Part shown: positions 50,030-62,000 of the stretch, in pieces
How positions within the stretch are numbered: position 1 is the first letter of the stretch
How the letters are laid out: each line of letters begins with the position of its first letter
Assembly (NCBI RefSeq): GCF_000400465.1
Contig: NW_008806281.1
Location: 206,001 to 268,000 of the forward strand
Length of the DNA stretch: 62,000 nt
Direction of reading: 5' to 3'
From: Wallemia ichthyophaga EXF-994
Taxonomy: Eukaryota; Fungi; Basidiomycota
The notes under the pieces: model-generated
Seen by the model: the letters and a program-made list of their open reading frames with translations, nothing else
The model's database searches: none
Told to the model about the DNA's origin: nothing
Position numbers and translations under genes: made by a program

Positions 50030-50514
50030 GACAGTCTTGCGGCGATCGTGTTGGAGTTGAAGATTGTCAAGGCTTTTCTTAAAAGCCGCCGCACCTTCGA
50101 TGCTCGTGTTGAAGCAGGCCGAACCATCGTAGTGAGCTTTCGCCTTCTCTATTTCCTCGTTGCAAAGAGCCGATGACATCTGCCACATGTCAGACATTGC
50201 AATCGAATGACGTGACGTCCTTGACGCGTGTTGAGGAAGTTGAGACGCAAATCCATAAGCATTAAAGCTTCGCCTTGGAGATATATTTTACTGATGCCAA
50301 GGGTGTGGCATCCTCCTTGCGCTGGTTGGGATTGACGAGAAATCCTCACTCGTTCTTAATGGCAGTTTCTGTCTTCTCCTTGTATTTTTAGTGCGTTTTT
50401 GGTCCTTTTGCTGATCTCAGCTACGTCTTCGGCGTAAAACAGCTTCTTATTCTCCTTTTCACGCTCCCTGTTCATCATAGCGAGCATTTCTTCGAATTGA
50501 GCTTTTGAAGTCAT
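50030..50514 (-). pseudogene. Degenerate coding relic, possibly HMG-box-like
   Basis: PRRSFNAYGFASQ...MSDMWQMSS...EEIEKAKAHY resembles an HMG box but with shortened spacing; upstream frame broken by stops and a frameshift. Confidence 0.25.
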
Positions 50515-50882
50515 TCGTTATAGTGAGCTTAGACAACAAACTGGATTTCCTGCACAATTAACTTTTATTATCTAATTACTTATGGCTGCGCCCTGGTCGC
50601 CATCCGACCCATTTCTCCTCGGTAGCTCCATTTCTTCCCAGAAGTCGAACAAAGGCGTAAACCCGTGTAAAATTGTTGAATATCTACATAATGCATTCAT
50701 ACATGTTTTTCTTCTTGACAAGATATGAACATTTCGTTAAAAAATTTCACCACGCCCATCATAAAATCTGCGCTCGCTCATTTTTTTTCCTCGGTCGATT
50801 TTATTTTTCACCCATCCCGAAATTCATCTCAGGATTTCGCTGAATTCAACTTAGGTTTTTCGTTCTTGACCAAGTTTTCAAA

Positions 50883-51683
50883 ATGGCTGACCGTGGTAAG
50901 TACAAGGGAATTTATAGGCGCCAACACAGCTCACATATTATAGGCAGAGGATTCGGTAGAGGCAGAGGTCGTGGACCACGCCGTGGCAGACAAACCAAAG
51001 ACGAGAGCAAGGAGTGGGTTCCAGTAACCAAGCTTGGCCGTCTTGTGAAGGCAGGCAAGGTCAAGTCAATGGAGGAGATCTACTTGTTCTCAATTCCTGT
51101 CAAGGAGTACCAAATTGTCGACTTCTTCTTGCCAAAGCTCAAGGATGAAGTTATGAAGATTTCTCCAGTTCAGAAGCAAACTAGAGCTGGTCAACGTACA
51201 CGCTTCAAGGCTTTCGTTGCAATTGGTGACTCTGATGGCCACGTTGGTCTCGGTGTCAAGTGCGCAAAGGAAGTTGCAACCGCTATCCGTGGTGCAATGA
51301 TCGCAGCAAAGCTTGCGACTATTCCAGTCAGACGTGGCTACTGGGGTAACGCTCTTGCTGAACCACACACAGTCCCTTGCAAGGTTTCTGGTAAGTGTGG
51401 TTCCGTCATGGCTAGGTTGGTTCCTGCTCCAAGAGGTACCGGTATCGTCGCTGCTCCTGCTTCAAAGAGGATGTTGCAATTAGCTGGTATTCAAGACTGT
51501 TACACTCAAACCAAGGGTAACACTTCAACCATGGGTAACTTTATCAAGGCCACCTTCCAAGCTATCTCTGGTACTTACGCTTTCCTCACTCCAAACCTCT
51601 GGCGTGATATTGCTCCACCACAGCATCCATTTGAAGAGCACTCAGCTCACCTTCAACTCGCACAAAAGCGTTCAGCTTACTAA
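50883..51683 (+). CDS. RPS2: 40S ribosomal protein uS5
   Basis: RGG tail, [35 protein letters not shown]; 48-nt intron 50896-50943. Confidence 0.98.
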   Translation: MADRGKYKGIYRRQHSSHIIGRGFGRGRGRGPRRGRQTKDESKEWVPVTKLGRLVKAGKVKSMEEIYLFSIPVKEYQIVDFFLPKLKDEVMKISPVQKQTRAGQRTRFKAFVAIGDSDGHVGLGVKCAKEVATAIRGAMIAAKLATIPVRRGYWGNALAEPHTVPCKVSGKCGSVMARLVPAPRGTGIVAAPASKRMLQLAGIQDCYTQTKGNTSTMGNFIKATFQAISGTYAFLTPNLWRDIAPPQHPFEEHSAHLQLAQKRSAY

Positions 51684-51779
51684 GTCTAAGTGCTTATCTT
51701 TTGTAAGAGTTTGATTGTTCTTGAAATTTGTACGATTAGATTTGGTTGTGCTTGATTTGGGAGTGTACTTCATACCATC

Positions 51780-53228
51780 ATGTCTGATCAACTTACACCG
51801 CTAGCTATAGCATTCTCTGGTGCATTAGGCGCTGTTGTTAGCAGTTAGTTGAGATTTCTTGTCGATGATAGCTTCTAATTGTTCAAAGACGGCATTGTTT
51901 ACCCACTTGACACACTCAAAACACGCATACAAGCTAAAGACGCTAGCGACGAAACTGAAGACAGCGAAAGCAGCGATAACACCAAATATCAAGTCACAGA
52001 CATTTCAAATGATCTAGCACACATCCCTAAGAATACTCTTATCAACGGTATCATAAAGCTGTTCAAACAAGAAGGCATAGCAGCTGCGTATGGTGGTTTT
52101 GGTGCAAGTATGCTCAACACATTCTCACAGCGTGGGTTTCATTGGCTGTTTATGTATTATTCTCATGAAACCCCCAGAATTCGCATACTTTGTACGCACA
52201 CCGCTTATTGAACTCCACCTTCTAACCGGTCGCTACAAAAGTATTGGTATGGCGCAGTGAGAACGGCGTGGATCAAGTCATCCAAAAACAACGGCAATCT
52301 ATCCACAGTTGTTGAGTTACTCATGTGAGTTGAGTGTGTTTGTTTGGTATGATGATGTCATGACTCACACACATACACACTCAGCGGTGCAATAGCCGGC
52401 GATCTCGCACAGGTATTCACTATACCTGTCAATGTCATAGCCACAAGACAGCAGATCGGCGTGCAAGACGGCAACACCAACGCTACCTTCTTCTCCGTAG
52501 CTAAGCAGATAATCACAGACGACGGTCTTACTGGGCTGTGGAGGGGCTTACAGCCATCGCTGGTTCTTTCAGGTGGGATCCTTTCTTGTTATGCGAGCTC
52601 ATTCTTACGTTTTTTACGCTTTTCTCGCTCTCAGTCAATCCCGCTATCACTTACGGCGCTTACGAGAAACTTAAAACTGCCGCTCTGTCGAGACATCTCA
52701 GCCGCAGCGACGGGAGGATGAGTCCATGGGCCAATTTTTTCCTCGGGGCTATGTCCAAGACAGCAGCGACTATCGTGGGTAGAGGTTGTTTGTGCTGAAC
52801 TGGTCTGATGATACACATACAGGTCACATACCCTTATGTTAGTCTGCATTTGCGCTGATATACATATGTCACTGTCTCTAACAAGCACCCAGATCATGGC
52901 GAAAGTTAGAGTCATGGCTGGTACCCCGGTTACTTGGCGTAGCTCAAGAACCATTGAGCAGGACAAGAAGGAGTTGAAGAAGAATACAGGCGCACTTAAG
53001 CTCCTCATGCACATTTACAAGAAGAGGGGTATTGCTGGGTGGTACCAGGTGGGTCACTCTAGCAGCTCACTAGCACACTTTCTAATACTTGTCTCTTTCC
53101 TGCAGGGCATGCACGCTCAAATTGTCAAGGCCGTTCTCCAACAAGCTCTCTTGTTCGTCTTGAGAGACATATTTGAAAAGTACACCCTTTTCGGCGTGCT
53201 TATCTTGCGCTCTCTCCGTTCAGCTTGA
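51780..53228 (+). CDS. ANT1: Peroxisomal adenine nucleotide carrier (mitochondrial carrier family)
   Basis: YPLDTLKTRIQ, IPVNVIATRQQ, GLWRGLQPSLVL.VNPAITYG, GMHAQIVKAVL; many introns. Confidence 0.85.
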
Positions 53229-53322
53229 TGGGGTGGTGGGTTGTGTAGTATGAAATATGTGGTATTTGGCTTGTAGCTGTTGTCTTTGATACATGTATGT
53301 ATCTAAATATGAGTGGATTCTT

Positions 53323-54316
53323 TTACAGATTGACAATATCAACAATCACAGCATGCAGATTGTAATCCTTATCCTTATCATTCACATAATGACCACCGAC
53401 TGGACTGTTAGCTGCATTGACATGAATAGTGTAGTCACCGTTGTCGTAATGAACGACTTGAAATCCTCTGCTTTCGTGTATATGTCCAAAGACATGTAGT
53501 TTTGGTCTCAGACGCGGCAGTGCGTCTGTCAATTCGATGCAGCCGACGTGTAAATTGGATTGGGTTTTATCGAGGATGTTTCGAGGAGGACCGTGGGTGA
53601 TTCTGAGAAGGTGTTAGCTGAGAGTGCAGGAGTATGTGCTCTCCACTCAACAAAACATCGGTAGGTTCAAAGCTGCTGACTGTTTCTAATATTGTGTTAG
53701 TTTTGGGTGGATTGAGTGGAATCAAGCTATCACAACCCACGTAATGCTTTCATAGCTGTCTGCAACGAGGTTATTTTCAAGCAATATGAGTGAGACACAC
53801 TTACATGCTTCGTTGGTCGACGGGAGGGGTATAGAGGAGAACCAAGAATCTTCCATGTCTTTCTATCTATGCCTATTTCTCTGGTGTTATTTTGGAGGTA
53901 GTAAACACCATTAGTGACACCTTGAATTCCACATAGGAAGTGTATAGCGTCGGGGTCGCTGTGAGATAGATTCCAACTGCCATTTGTATATGGATATCCC
54001 TCTCTCAGTAACATTATATCGTGATTTCCAGCTATAATGACTTTTGAAGGGCAGGAAGATGATGCAAGCCAATTTGCAGTTACTCCATATTCAATGTTGG
54101 ACAGAGTAGACAAATCACCTGCGTGTATGAGAATTTCACCGTATGGAATATCGAATGTACGATTGTGAGTGTCCTGTGTGTGTTTAGGAGGGCTATTTGA
54201 TAGTGCTGGCTACGCACAGATATCAGAATGAAACGCGTTGAGTTTGGCAATTTATTTGGAGGTGCAGCAAGATCATATTCAAAGTAGATGGCGAATTCAT
54301 CTTGAACCAGATTCAT
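53323..54316 (-). CDS. Calcineurin-like metallophosphoesterase (MPPED1/2-like)
   Basis: ISDTH, IHAGDL, IAGNHD, ITHGPP, HVFGHIHE, VNAA. Confidence 0.88.
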
Positions 54317-54387
54317 GTACACGTCTATAGCCTCTGTGAATAGCCACCTCCCTGCCTCTCAACCACCAAATATAAATATTATTTAAA

Positions 54388-55292
54388 ATGTCTAGTATCG
54401 GCACTGGATATGATTTATCTGCATCCACGTATTCCCCAGATGGCAGAATATTCCAAGTCGGTCGCCTCTTACGCCAGAAACAGCACACGCTGACGTTTGC
54501 ATGCATTTTAGATTGAATACGCAAACAAGGCTGTGGAGAATGCTGGGTGGGTATAGATTGGCTTATGTACGCTATCTCACTCCTTCCAGCACTGTAATTG
54601 GGATTAGAACTAAAGACGGCGTCATCCTCGCTGCACAGAAGCTGTTAGATTCCAAATTGCTCGTTTCTGGCACAGCCAAGCGTATACTGACTGCTGATAT
54701 GCATATCGGTATGGTAAGTGTGGTTTCCTGTTCACGATTCCCTCTTCTCAACTCGCTCCACTCCCAGGCCTCTGCCGGTTTGCGTGCGGATGGAAAGCAC
54801 CTTCAGACAAGGGCGAGAGAGGAGTGCAAGAACTACCGCGACAACTACATGTCGCCTATCCCCCTCAAACACCTCTCTGACAGACTCGGCTCGTATCTCA
54901 ACGCGTACACGCTGTACTCCTCCGTGAGGCCATTCGGGATATCCACAGTCATCTCGTCGTGCGACAAGAACGGTCCACAGCTCTACGCTATTGAGCCATC
55001 TGGTCTCTACTGGGGATACCAAGCTACTGCTATCGGTAAAGGCAAGCAACTCGCTCAGACGGAACTCGAGAAACTTAATTTCGACGAGCTGTCAATGCGT
55101 CAGGCTGTGTTTGAAGCAGCTAGAATTATTCACCTCGTTCATGACCCTACTAAGGACAAGGGATTCGAGTTGGAGATTAGCTGGATCGGTAAAGACTCGC
55201 AGTATAAACACGTTCACGTGCCTGCGCAACTGTATGACGAGGCTAACGAGTTGGGTAAGACACAGGCTGAGTCTGGACGTATGCAGGAGTGA
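54388..55292 (+). CDS. PRE10: 20S proteasome subunit alpha-7
   Basis: [23 protein letters not shown]|[28 protein letters not shown]. Confidence 0.96.
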
Positions 55293-55366
55293 GTTGGTGT
55301 ATGCAGTATGCAGTTAAGTGTTAAGTGTATTTGATAAAGATGAGCATGATTAGCGCATTACAAGAA

Positions 55367-56150
55367 CTACTTGTTCTCTGGAGTGAATTTCAAGCTGTGC
55401 TCGGTGTTAGGAGTGTTAAATAACTAAGCCAACCTATTTAAACCCACCTAACGGAATTGACACAGTGACGGTCATTCACCTTGTCACCAGCTAGATTCTT
55501 ATATCCCTCGCCTTCAAAGATGTGTCCAAGATGACCGTCGCAGTTGGAGCATGTTATTTCGATCCTCTTCATCCCGAATGAGTTATCGACGTGACGGTTG
55601 ATTTTCCCGGGGAGGGCTGTGAAATAAGCAGGCCAGCCGCCTAAAGGGGTGTGAGTGTGATAACCGGTGTGATTACGAATGCTTACAATGGCTAACCATT
55701 TTGTGGCTATTGTTTGGTTAAATTTTCATAGGTGGTGTCTCAAAGAAAAACGCACTCAGATGTATAAAGTGGAGTGTCGCAACCAGCGCAATTGTACACG
55801 CCTTTGTCGAAATGCTCGTCGTATTCACCTAAGTCGGTGTGTCAACTATGACGTTATTCACCGCCACAGTGGCAAACCTCACCAGTGCCTGCCATTTCGG
55901 TGCCCTTTTGACGTAGAATGCGGAACTGGAGGGCGTTAGAGGTTTGTGTGGGGGATGATATATGAATTGTACCTGCTCTGGAGAAAGCTTTGCTTGCCAT
56001 TCAGCTGTGTATCCAGTGAGTTGTGTTTAGACTGTAGAATGCAAAAGAATGCCCACCTTCTGAAATCATCTTGTGTTTTGCTGCTTGGGTGGTGCTTGTG
56101 ATTCTTCTTGCTAAAGTAGGTCTAGCTGCTAGTGCTCTACGTAGTAGCAT
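55367..56150 (-). CDS. MXR2: Methionine-R-sulfoxide reductase MsrB with mitochondrial presequence (absent from the ORF track)
   Basis: Spliced: EWQAKLSPEQ|FRILRQKGTE..TG|EY..GVYNCAGCDTPLY..HCGWPAYF..EITCSNCDGHLGHIFEGEG..RHCVNSVS. Confidence 0.94.
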
Positions 56151-56275
56151 TATAAGAAAGAGTAGACATGGCAATATAAATCAGTCTATGTATATTGTAT
56201 ATGTGGATTGTATCGATTGAAAGCATCCTCGACATTCTCAGCATCCTTAACGCCCTCAACACCCTCACAACCCAA

Positions 56276-56968
56276 ATGCCATCTTCCATACTCCTCCTCA
56301 ATCCGAATTCCAGCGAACAAGTCACAGAAGGGCTGCGCAGTCTAGTGGGAAACTGCAGCGATGACGAGTGCAGTATAACGACCCAATCGGCACCGCCCGA
56401 GGCACCAAGGAGCATCTACGACACCGCCAGTGGCGTAAAGAGTGCCATGGAATGTTACAAGCGCAACTACACGCAATACGACGGTGTAATAGTAGGATGC
56501 TATTCGAACCATCCCCTCATACCAATGCTCCGCGAGCGGTACAAGTACAAGCAGATCATCGGTGTCTTAGAGGCTTCTATCACCGCAGCTCTGCTATCTC
56601 CCGCGAGGAAATTCGGCTTTGTCACTACCTCCCCGCACTGGATCGACGAGTTCGGTAGAGCTGTAGGTGAGACCCTCGGCATTGGCGCCAACGCGTCAGA
56701 TCGCTACGTTGGAACCACCTGCAGTGATTTCGATGTCGTAGAATTGCGTACTGCTAAAGAAAGCACCGTCAATGCTAAACTTATTCATTGCGCTCAGGAT
56801 CTCGTACAGCGTGGCGCAAACACTGTTGTTCTCGCTTGCGCAGGTATGGCTGGGAAAAGTGTGTACGTTCAACACCAACTGCGTCAACTCAATAGCCAGC
56901 GCGTAGATGTTATCGATGGGGTGCAAGTGGCCGTTGACCAGATGAAAATGTTGGTTAAAATGTTGTGA
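56276..56968 (+). CDS. DCG1: Asp/Glu/hydantoin racemase family protein (Dcg1-like), intronless
   Basis: ILLLNPNSSEQVT, VIVGCYSNHP and VVLACAGM (two catalytic Cys), VIDGV. Confidence 0.88.
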   Translation: MPSSILLLNPNSSEQVTEGLRSLVGNCSDDECSITTQSAPPEAPRSIYDTASGVKSAMECYKRNYTQYDGVIVGCYSNHPLIPMLRERYKYKQIIGVLEASITAALLSPARKFGFVTTSPHWIDEFGRAVGETLGIGANASDRYVGTTCSDFDVVELRTAKESTVNAKLIHCAQDLVQRGANTVVLACAGMAGKSVYVQHQLRQLNSQRVDVIDGVQVAVDQMKMLVKML

Positions 56969-57032
56969 TGAGATGATTATGCCAAATGTCTCAAATATCT
57001 CAAATGTCTCAAATGTAATACATTACAACTGC

Positions 57033-57922
57033 TCACTGTACACTAAATAAGGCACCACTTGGTCTACTCACCCAACGATAGGTGAGCAATGACTGCGGAG
57101 TTTCATCGACGACAACCTGCGAAGACTCGCGATCCTCCTCATCTTTATCCTCCTCCTTCTTTCCTCGACGTTTAGAAGCGGTTTTGGTGAGCAATCTGTT
57201 GATAGTCTCCACCTTCTCATTCTCTAGACGCTGATCAGATTGGTGTTTACGCCTGCGCAGCAACTCAGCCTTTTTCAACGCCTGTTCTTCTTCTGTGAGC
57301 GTAGTCTTATGCTGTCTGCCTATATCAAGTGACATGAGCTCTGGTGTGTCGCTGGTGCCGTCGTCATTGGGTTGTTTGAGTGCAGCACGCTGTCTCGCAG
57401 TGAGACGTTGTTCATCTTTATCATTGTCTTTCCGCGTGTCTGCGTCATCGAGGTCATCCAACTCATCTTGATCGAGGTCATCCTCACCTTCACCCTCACC
57501 CTCACCACTGCTTATCTCGTCAATTTCCTCCTCACGCGATTTTTCGCGCGGTTTCTGCTGAGTTGCACGGGCGGAAGTGCGGGCAGAAGAGCGTGCACCG
57601 CGTGGTCTAGCAGCAGCACTCGAGTTGGATTTCTTATTAGTGGAACCAGGTGGGCGACCTCTGCGAGCCTTTGGCTTGGAGGTTTGAGACGGTGTGTCGT
57701 CGTCGTCGTTGTCGTCGTTGTCGTCATCCTCGTCGTCGTCGTTGTGTATATCGTCGTCATCGTCGACCATGTCCACATCATCTTGAGAATAATCCTCCAT
57801 GTTATCGTGTCCATCCTCCGAGGCTAACTCGTCTACCTCATCATCCTCACTCTCGACGATGGCTTGTAATAAATTTAATTTAATTTCCAGTTAAAATCCA
57901 ACTAAGACGCACTCTTTGGCAT
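57033..57922 (-). CDS. IES2: INO80 complex subunit Ies2/INO80B (PAPA-1 domain)
   Basis: LTARQRA, LTEEEQALKKAELLRRRKHQSDQRLENEKVETINRLL, YRWVS; predicted 10-nt first exon ATGCCAAAGA with GTGCGT donor. Confidence 0.8.
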
Positions 57923-57943
57923 TTTATTTTTATTTATCTTTAT

Positions 57944-59697
57944 TTATTTTACCTGTTGGCTGTTGGATTCAAACCTCCCAAGCGTCACCTCCTCCCAGAT
58001 TTCTCTGCAGTTGACGACTGATCCGAGTCTTGAACAAAGAAGAAAAGCCCCCGAAAGCTTCCGATTGAGGCTGTAAGTTTCCTTAGGCGGTGGTGTAAGA
58101 CGATGTTGGAGCATGATCGGTATCTGTGCCTTGACGCGTTCCGTGATGGTTTGATTCAAGAAGCTGTAAGGTTCTGCCTGTCTGAACGGCTCACCCAGAG
58201 CCAACATGGATGCGATATGTGCGTTGATCATTTCCTCGCTCTCGTCGCCCGTCAGATATCCCAACTGCAGCGAAGTCCTCACGCACTCCTCTCTATCGCC
58301 ATTCCCTGCTGCCAGTAACAAACGTCCAAACGCACCGACGAAATCCTCCGTATACGCTCTTGACGCGCCGAAGTCGATAAGGTTAATCCTTCCACACTCC
58401 CCATCCCACAGGAAGTTACTCCAGTTAGGATCTGTCTGCATCAGTCTGAATTGGAATATTTCGCTAATGCAAAGGCGCATAATGGCTGATCCAATCTGTG
58501 TGGCGGGTGAGCAGTGTACACAGCACACTCGCTATACCTTTCACCCACCTTGTCTTTCGTTGGCTGGTCGTATGTGTACGCCCTCGACAGCGACTCTCCC
58601 GGCATGAATTGTGTGGTGAGTATGTTGGGTGTGCACAAGTCTTTTACCACCACGGGGCAGCTGAAGACGGGGTCATTATGCAGATACTCCCCAAACCGCT
58701 CTCCACATTCAGCTTCGCGGAGGTAGTCGCATTCATCAGCCAGCTCAGTGCGCATCTGACGAATAGTGTTATCGAGGAACAATCCACGCGGGAGGATGCC
58801 GCTGGCCGCGACGAGCAGTTTAAGGTTGTTCAGATCCGAGCTAATGCTCTCTTTAACGCCTGGGAACTGGATTTTGAGGGCGACGTGCATGCGTGGGTGT
58901 GTGGGGTGGTGTGCGCTGAGTGTCGCCGTGTGCACCTGCCCAATACTCGCAGCAGCCACAGGCACCTTGTCGAAATGCTCGAAATGGCTGATCCAGTCAG
59001 CACCGTACTCGGCGGCGAGCACTCTCTCTAGCTGCCAGTTGGGCATGTAGTCGGCCTTATTCTGTAGCCGCGTCAACGCCGTTTCTATCTCGGGTGGCAG
59101 CAGGTGGCTGTCCTGGATCGAGAGGAATTGTCCGAGTTTGAGGGCTGCGCCGCGCATTACTGACAGCTTGGCCACTAGTCGGTCGACGTTGGCTGGGGAG
59201 AGCAAGGCGGAATGTTGGGTATTGCCGCCGCGGAGTACTTGACTCGCTGTGCCGTACGTAAGCCCCGCTGCTAAGCCTCCGTAGTGGAATAGCCTGCCTA
59301 AGCGCGAAGACGGTACCTTTGTGTAGCGTGGAGAGTGTGAGGGTGGTTGAGAGGGTGGCACTGCGAGAGGCTGTGTGGGTGTATGCGATATCCCCGATGT
59401 CTCGTGTATGCCGTGCGGCTGTAAAGTAGTTTGAGACATTGTGGTGGATGGCTGTGAGTCTGGTTGTTTGGGAGAATGAGTTCTTGAGAGTGATTGGCTG
59501 GGATTGCTAGAATGATTTCGATCCATGTGTGCATTCTGTGTGTCACTGCCACTGCCACCACCACCACCACCACCACCACCACTATCGCGTGCGTAAGCAT
59601 ATAAATCCTCCAAAGACTCAAATTGCTGTGTATTTCGTGGCAAAGGGGTATAAATCCGCTTCAAAGAGTTCAAAATTTTAAAATAATTGGAAAGCAT
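57944..59697 (-). CDS. COQ8: UbiB/ABC1 atypical kinase Coq8
   Basis: VPSSRLGRLFHYGGLA, RGAALKLGQ, AAASIGQVH, KIQFPGV, MQTDPNWSNF, LIDFGA, PPPKETYSLNRKLSGAFL. Confidence 0.96.
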
Positions 59698-59723
59698 GTC
59701 GTGGTGGTTCCGAGTAGACAACC
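59698..59723. promoter_or_regulatory. 26-nt spacer between divergent start codons (COQ8 / SRP9)
   Basis: ATG at 59697 (-) and 59724 (+). Confidence 0.45.
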
Positions 59724-60150
59724 ATGGTCAACGTAAAGAGCTGGAAGGAGTACCAGAAGCGGAGTATTGAGCTGTTCAGCGACAATCCAAAGAAGGTGGA
59801 GCGCTGTGCTTTGTACCAGTCACCACACTAACCACCCACAGTACCGATACTGCGTTAAATGGCGAGCAGCCAAGAAGGATCTGGTCGTCAAGTCCACCAA
59901 CGACCACCTCTGCCTCAAGTACAAAACCCAGTCGGCGTCTATTCTCAATAGATTCCTCTCTTTCAATCGCAAGCTCGGCTTCCTTATGTCTGACACGGAG
60001 GATTTCCAGATTCAGCAGCCAGAATCACAACCACAATCACAACCTCAATCTCAATCTCAGTCACAGTCGCGACCACCACAATTACACCCACACTCTCCCT
60101 CAGACTCCCCCTCGACAAAAAATAAGAAGAAAAACAAGAAGAAAAAGTAG
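59724..60150 (+). CDS. SRP21: Signal recognition particle Alu-domain protein SRP9/Srp21
   Basis: MVNVKSWKEYQKRSIELFSDNPKK|YRYCVKW...LVVKSTNDHLCLKYKT...ILNRF; basic tail. Confidence 0.88.
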
Positions 60151-60200
60151 CTTTGCTTGTATTTTACTTGACATCCCAGATTTCACTTGATATCCCCTTC

Positions 60201-61750
60201 TCACTGACTCAGCGGCAACGACACCGGCTTCTTGGGCGGGCTCTTGACCGTCTTGGGTGCCCCACTCTCCATAATCACCTTGAGCATCTCCTTGTTCATC
60301 CGAGCTGCCTCCTCGAAACGTGGCTCCAAGAAACGTGCCGTCGACTCAAACTTGTCCTTGTAGTGACTAAACGAGCCATGTTCGATAACCTCGGACCATC
60401 CTCGAGTTGCAACCACGAATTCTGTATCGTCCGAGCGATGGCTAATGTCAAAAGACGCCGACTCGAGCGCCGTATTCAGTCTATCGGGCGACCTAAAGAG
60501 GTACTCAGCCACACCGATCCACATCCTAAACAGGGGTGTTCCTGCGACGTCTAGATGATCAAAGGGATGAATACCCAGTCTGTTCCAGCAATCCACCATA
60601 GCAAGAATTGTGAGATGTGAGTTGCGTGCCGAGCAGTGCTGACTGGAGGGCTGATGGAGTGAGAAGCGATCGAGCAGGCTCTCACTAAGCAGAATAGGTG
60701 TGCGCTCACTCTTGCTTCCGTTCGTCCCTGGCTCCACTCCATCTTTATACCCAAACACCCGCCTACGAGCGTCGAGAGCGCGCTCCTTCAAACCATGGTA
60801 ATCCCCCGCAATCATCAACTTGAATAGCTCAGTCGCGGATGCAGCAAACTGCCGCACTTGCGCATGTGCACTTGGATTGAGAATAGCCAACCCCGCATAC
60901 ACATGCCACTTATTCGCATATATCCGCAGAGCTATGTTGCACTTGACGACTTCTATCCCGTTCACATAACGGTCTAGCTCCCACGGATAGCTCTGAGACA
61001 TGTTCCACGCTGTGCCCATGCTGAGGAAAGCGGCGTGGGTGACTGCCTGGGTGTTGGCAGTAACTATGTCATGCTCCTCGTACGTCAGATACACATAGCG
61101 GCTGCGAAAGCAGCTGAAGACATCCTCCGCCTTGCGCAGTACCCAGTCTGGAGAAGTGTGTTGGATGAGTACCTGGTGCGTTTGTGAGACATTGCACAAA
61201 GTGCAAAATGAAAATTGAAAAAACTCAAACCCACCAACGGCTGCCCCTCAGGACTCACGGTGGGGCCATGAAGAGAGTGGATGGATACTACATGCACATC
61301 GTGTGGAAGATGCCTCTCGAACGCAGCCCGTTCAGGTGCCTTTACTGAGGTCTGAGCCGACACTATGGCACCCACTTTCGTAGACGCGCCATACTCCCCA
61401 ACTACCCTATCTATGAACTCCGCCTCTACTGAATAGATGACGAAATCTGCCTTGCGTGATACTAGATGACCGTTTTTGACTACATGTACGGGTGTGTCGC
61501 GGTAGTAAGCAAATAGGCTGTCGTAGTTCTCAGGTCTATCGCAGACGATGCAGCTGTGCGTGTGTGTATCAGCGTAAGCTCTATGTAATAAACTCGATGA
61601 CGTAATTGTGACTGTAATTGCACTGTAGCTGCCACAACCTACGCAACCACCCACTCACCTCCAACCAGACTTGTAGAAATTGTTCGCATACATCTTCCCC
61701 ATATCCCCCATACCGATTATTCCAATTATAAATTCATTTTCAACTCCCAT
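60201..61750 (-). CDS. TYR1: Prephenate dehydrogenase (NADP+)
   Basis: IGIIGMGDMGKMYA, DFVIYSVEAE, QTSVKAPE, HSLHGP, EEHD.VTANTQAVTHAAFLSMG, KWHVYAGLAILNP. Confidence 0.95.
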
Positions 61751-61790
61751 CGTCGTCGTCGTTCTGCTTATAGAAAGTGAAAGTGTAGCA

Positions 61791-62000
61791 ATGACCGGTC
61801 GATTGAAATTTAAAAAAAGCAGCAACCAATCGGATTCCGAGATTTTTGACAAGACGAAAGAGAAGTTCAAGAGGCGGTGCACGCGCATAAGTCCTCCGCG
61901 GTATGCATATCTCGACGAGCCTATTAGTCCGCCGAGAAAGACACGCAGACGGCGTTGGAATGGCGATGATGCTGACGCAGAAGAGGAAGAATTCAACGCC
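61791..62000 (+). CDS. 5' part of an unidentified gene running off the window
   Basis: 70 open codons MTGRLKFKK...RRRRWNGDDADAEEEEFNA, divergent from TYR1 as in the other pairs. Confidence 0.5.
   Translation, partial: MTGRLKFKKSSNQSDSEIFDKTKEKFKRRCTRISPPRYAYLDEPISPPRKTRRRRWNGDDADAEEEEFNA

Noticed and set aside
50739-50749. RRPE-like AAAAAATTTCA upstream of RPS2
   Set aside because: Imperfect match in AT-rich DNA, with no conservation data
50896-50943. Stop-free 3n introns (RPS2 48 nt, ZIM17 54, PIF1 51, PRE10 54) as regulated retention events
   Set aside because: A handful among dozens of short introns is near chance; they mainly explain odd insertions in the ORF track
56276-56968. Intronless Dcg1-like racemase as a horizontal transfer candidate
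   Set aside because: The family is widespread in fungi, and other native genes here (LYS4, GRX4) are also intronless

Overview
Eukaryotic genomic DNA from a very gene-dense fungus. Basidiomycete-type proteins, 45-60 nt introns with GTnnGT donors and tiny intergenic gaps are most consistent with Wallemia (inference only). About 43 mostly housekeeping genes can be reconstructed; several (DYN2, MXR2, ATP17, CYSTM, HMT1) are largely missed by the ORF track because of short exons. No rRNA, tRNA, CRISPR array or intact transposon was recognised. Most notable: (1) 14 head-to-head gene pairs whose predicted start codons are only 23-125 nt apart, plus a 21-nt tandem gap; (2) two decayed tracts, at 39.9-42.3 kb (C2H2 zinc-finger relic) and 47.6-50.5 kb (SNF2/STH1 3' part, HSP78/ClpB part and a possible HMG-box part in series), the SNF2 part having C-to-T-type stops; (3) a Gfd2/QIP-like DEDDh protein lacking catalytic residues next to DBP5 and HMT1; (4) C-terminally truncated COG3 and COG6; (5) micro-exons and a start codon split by an intron. 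Exon boundaries and family calls were made by eye, without database searches.
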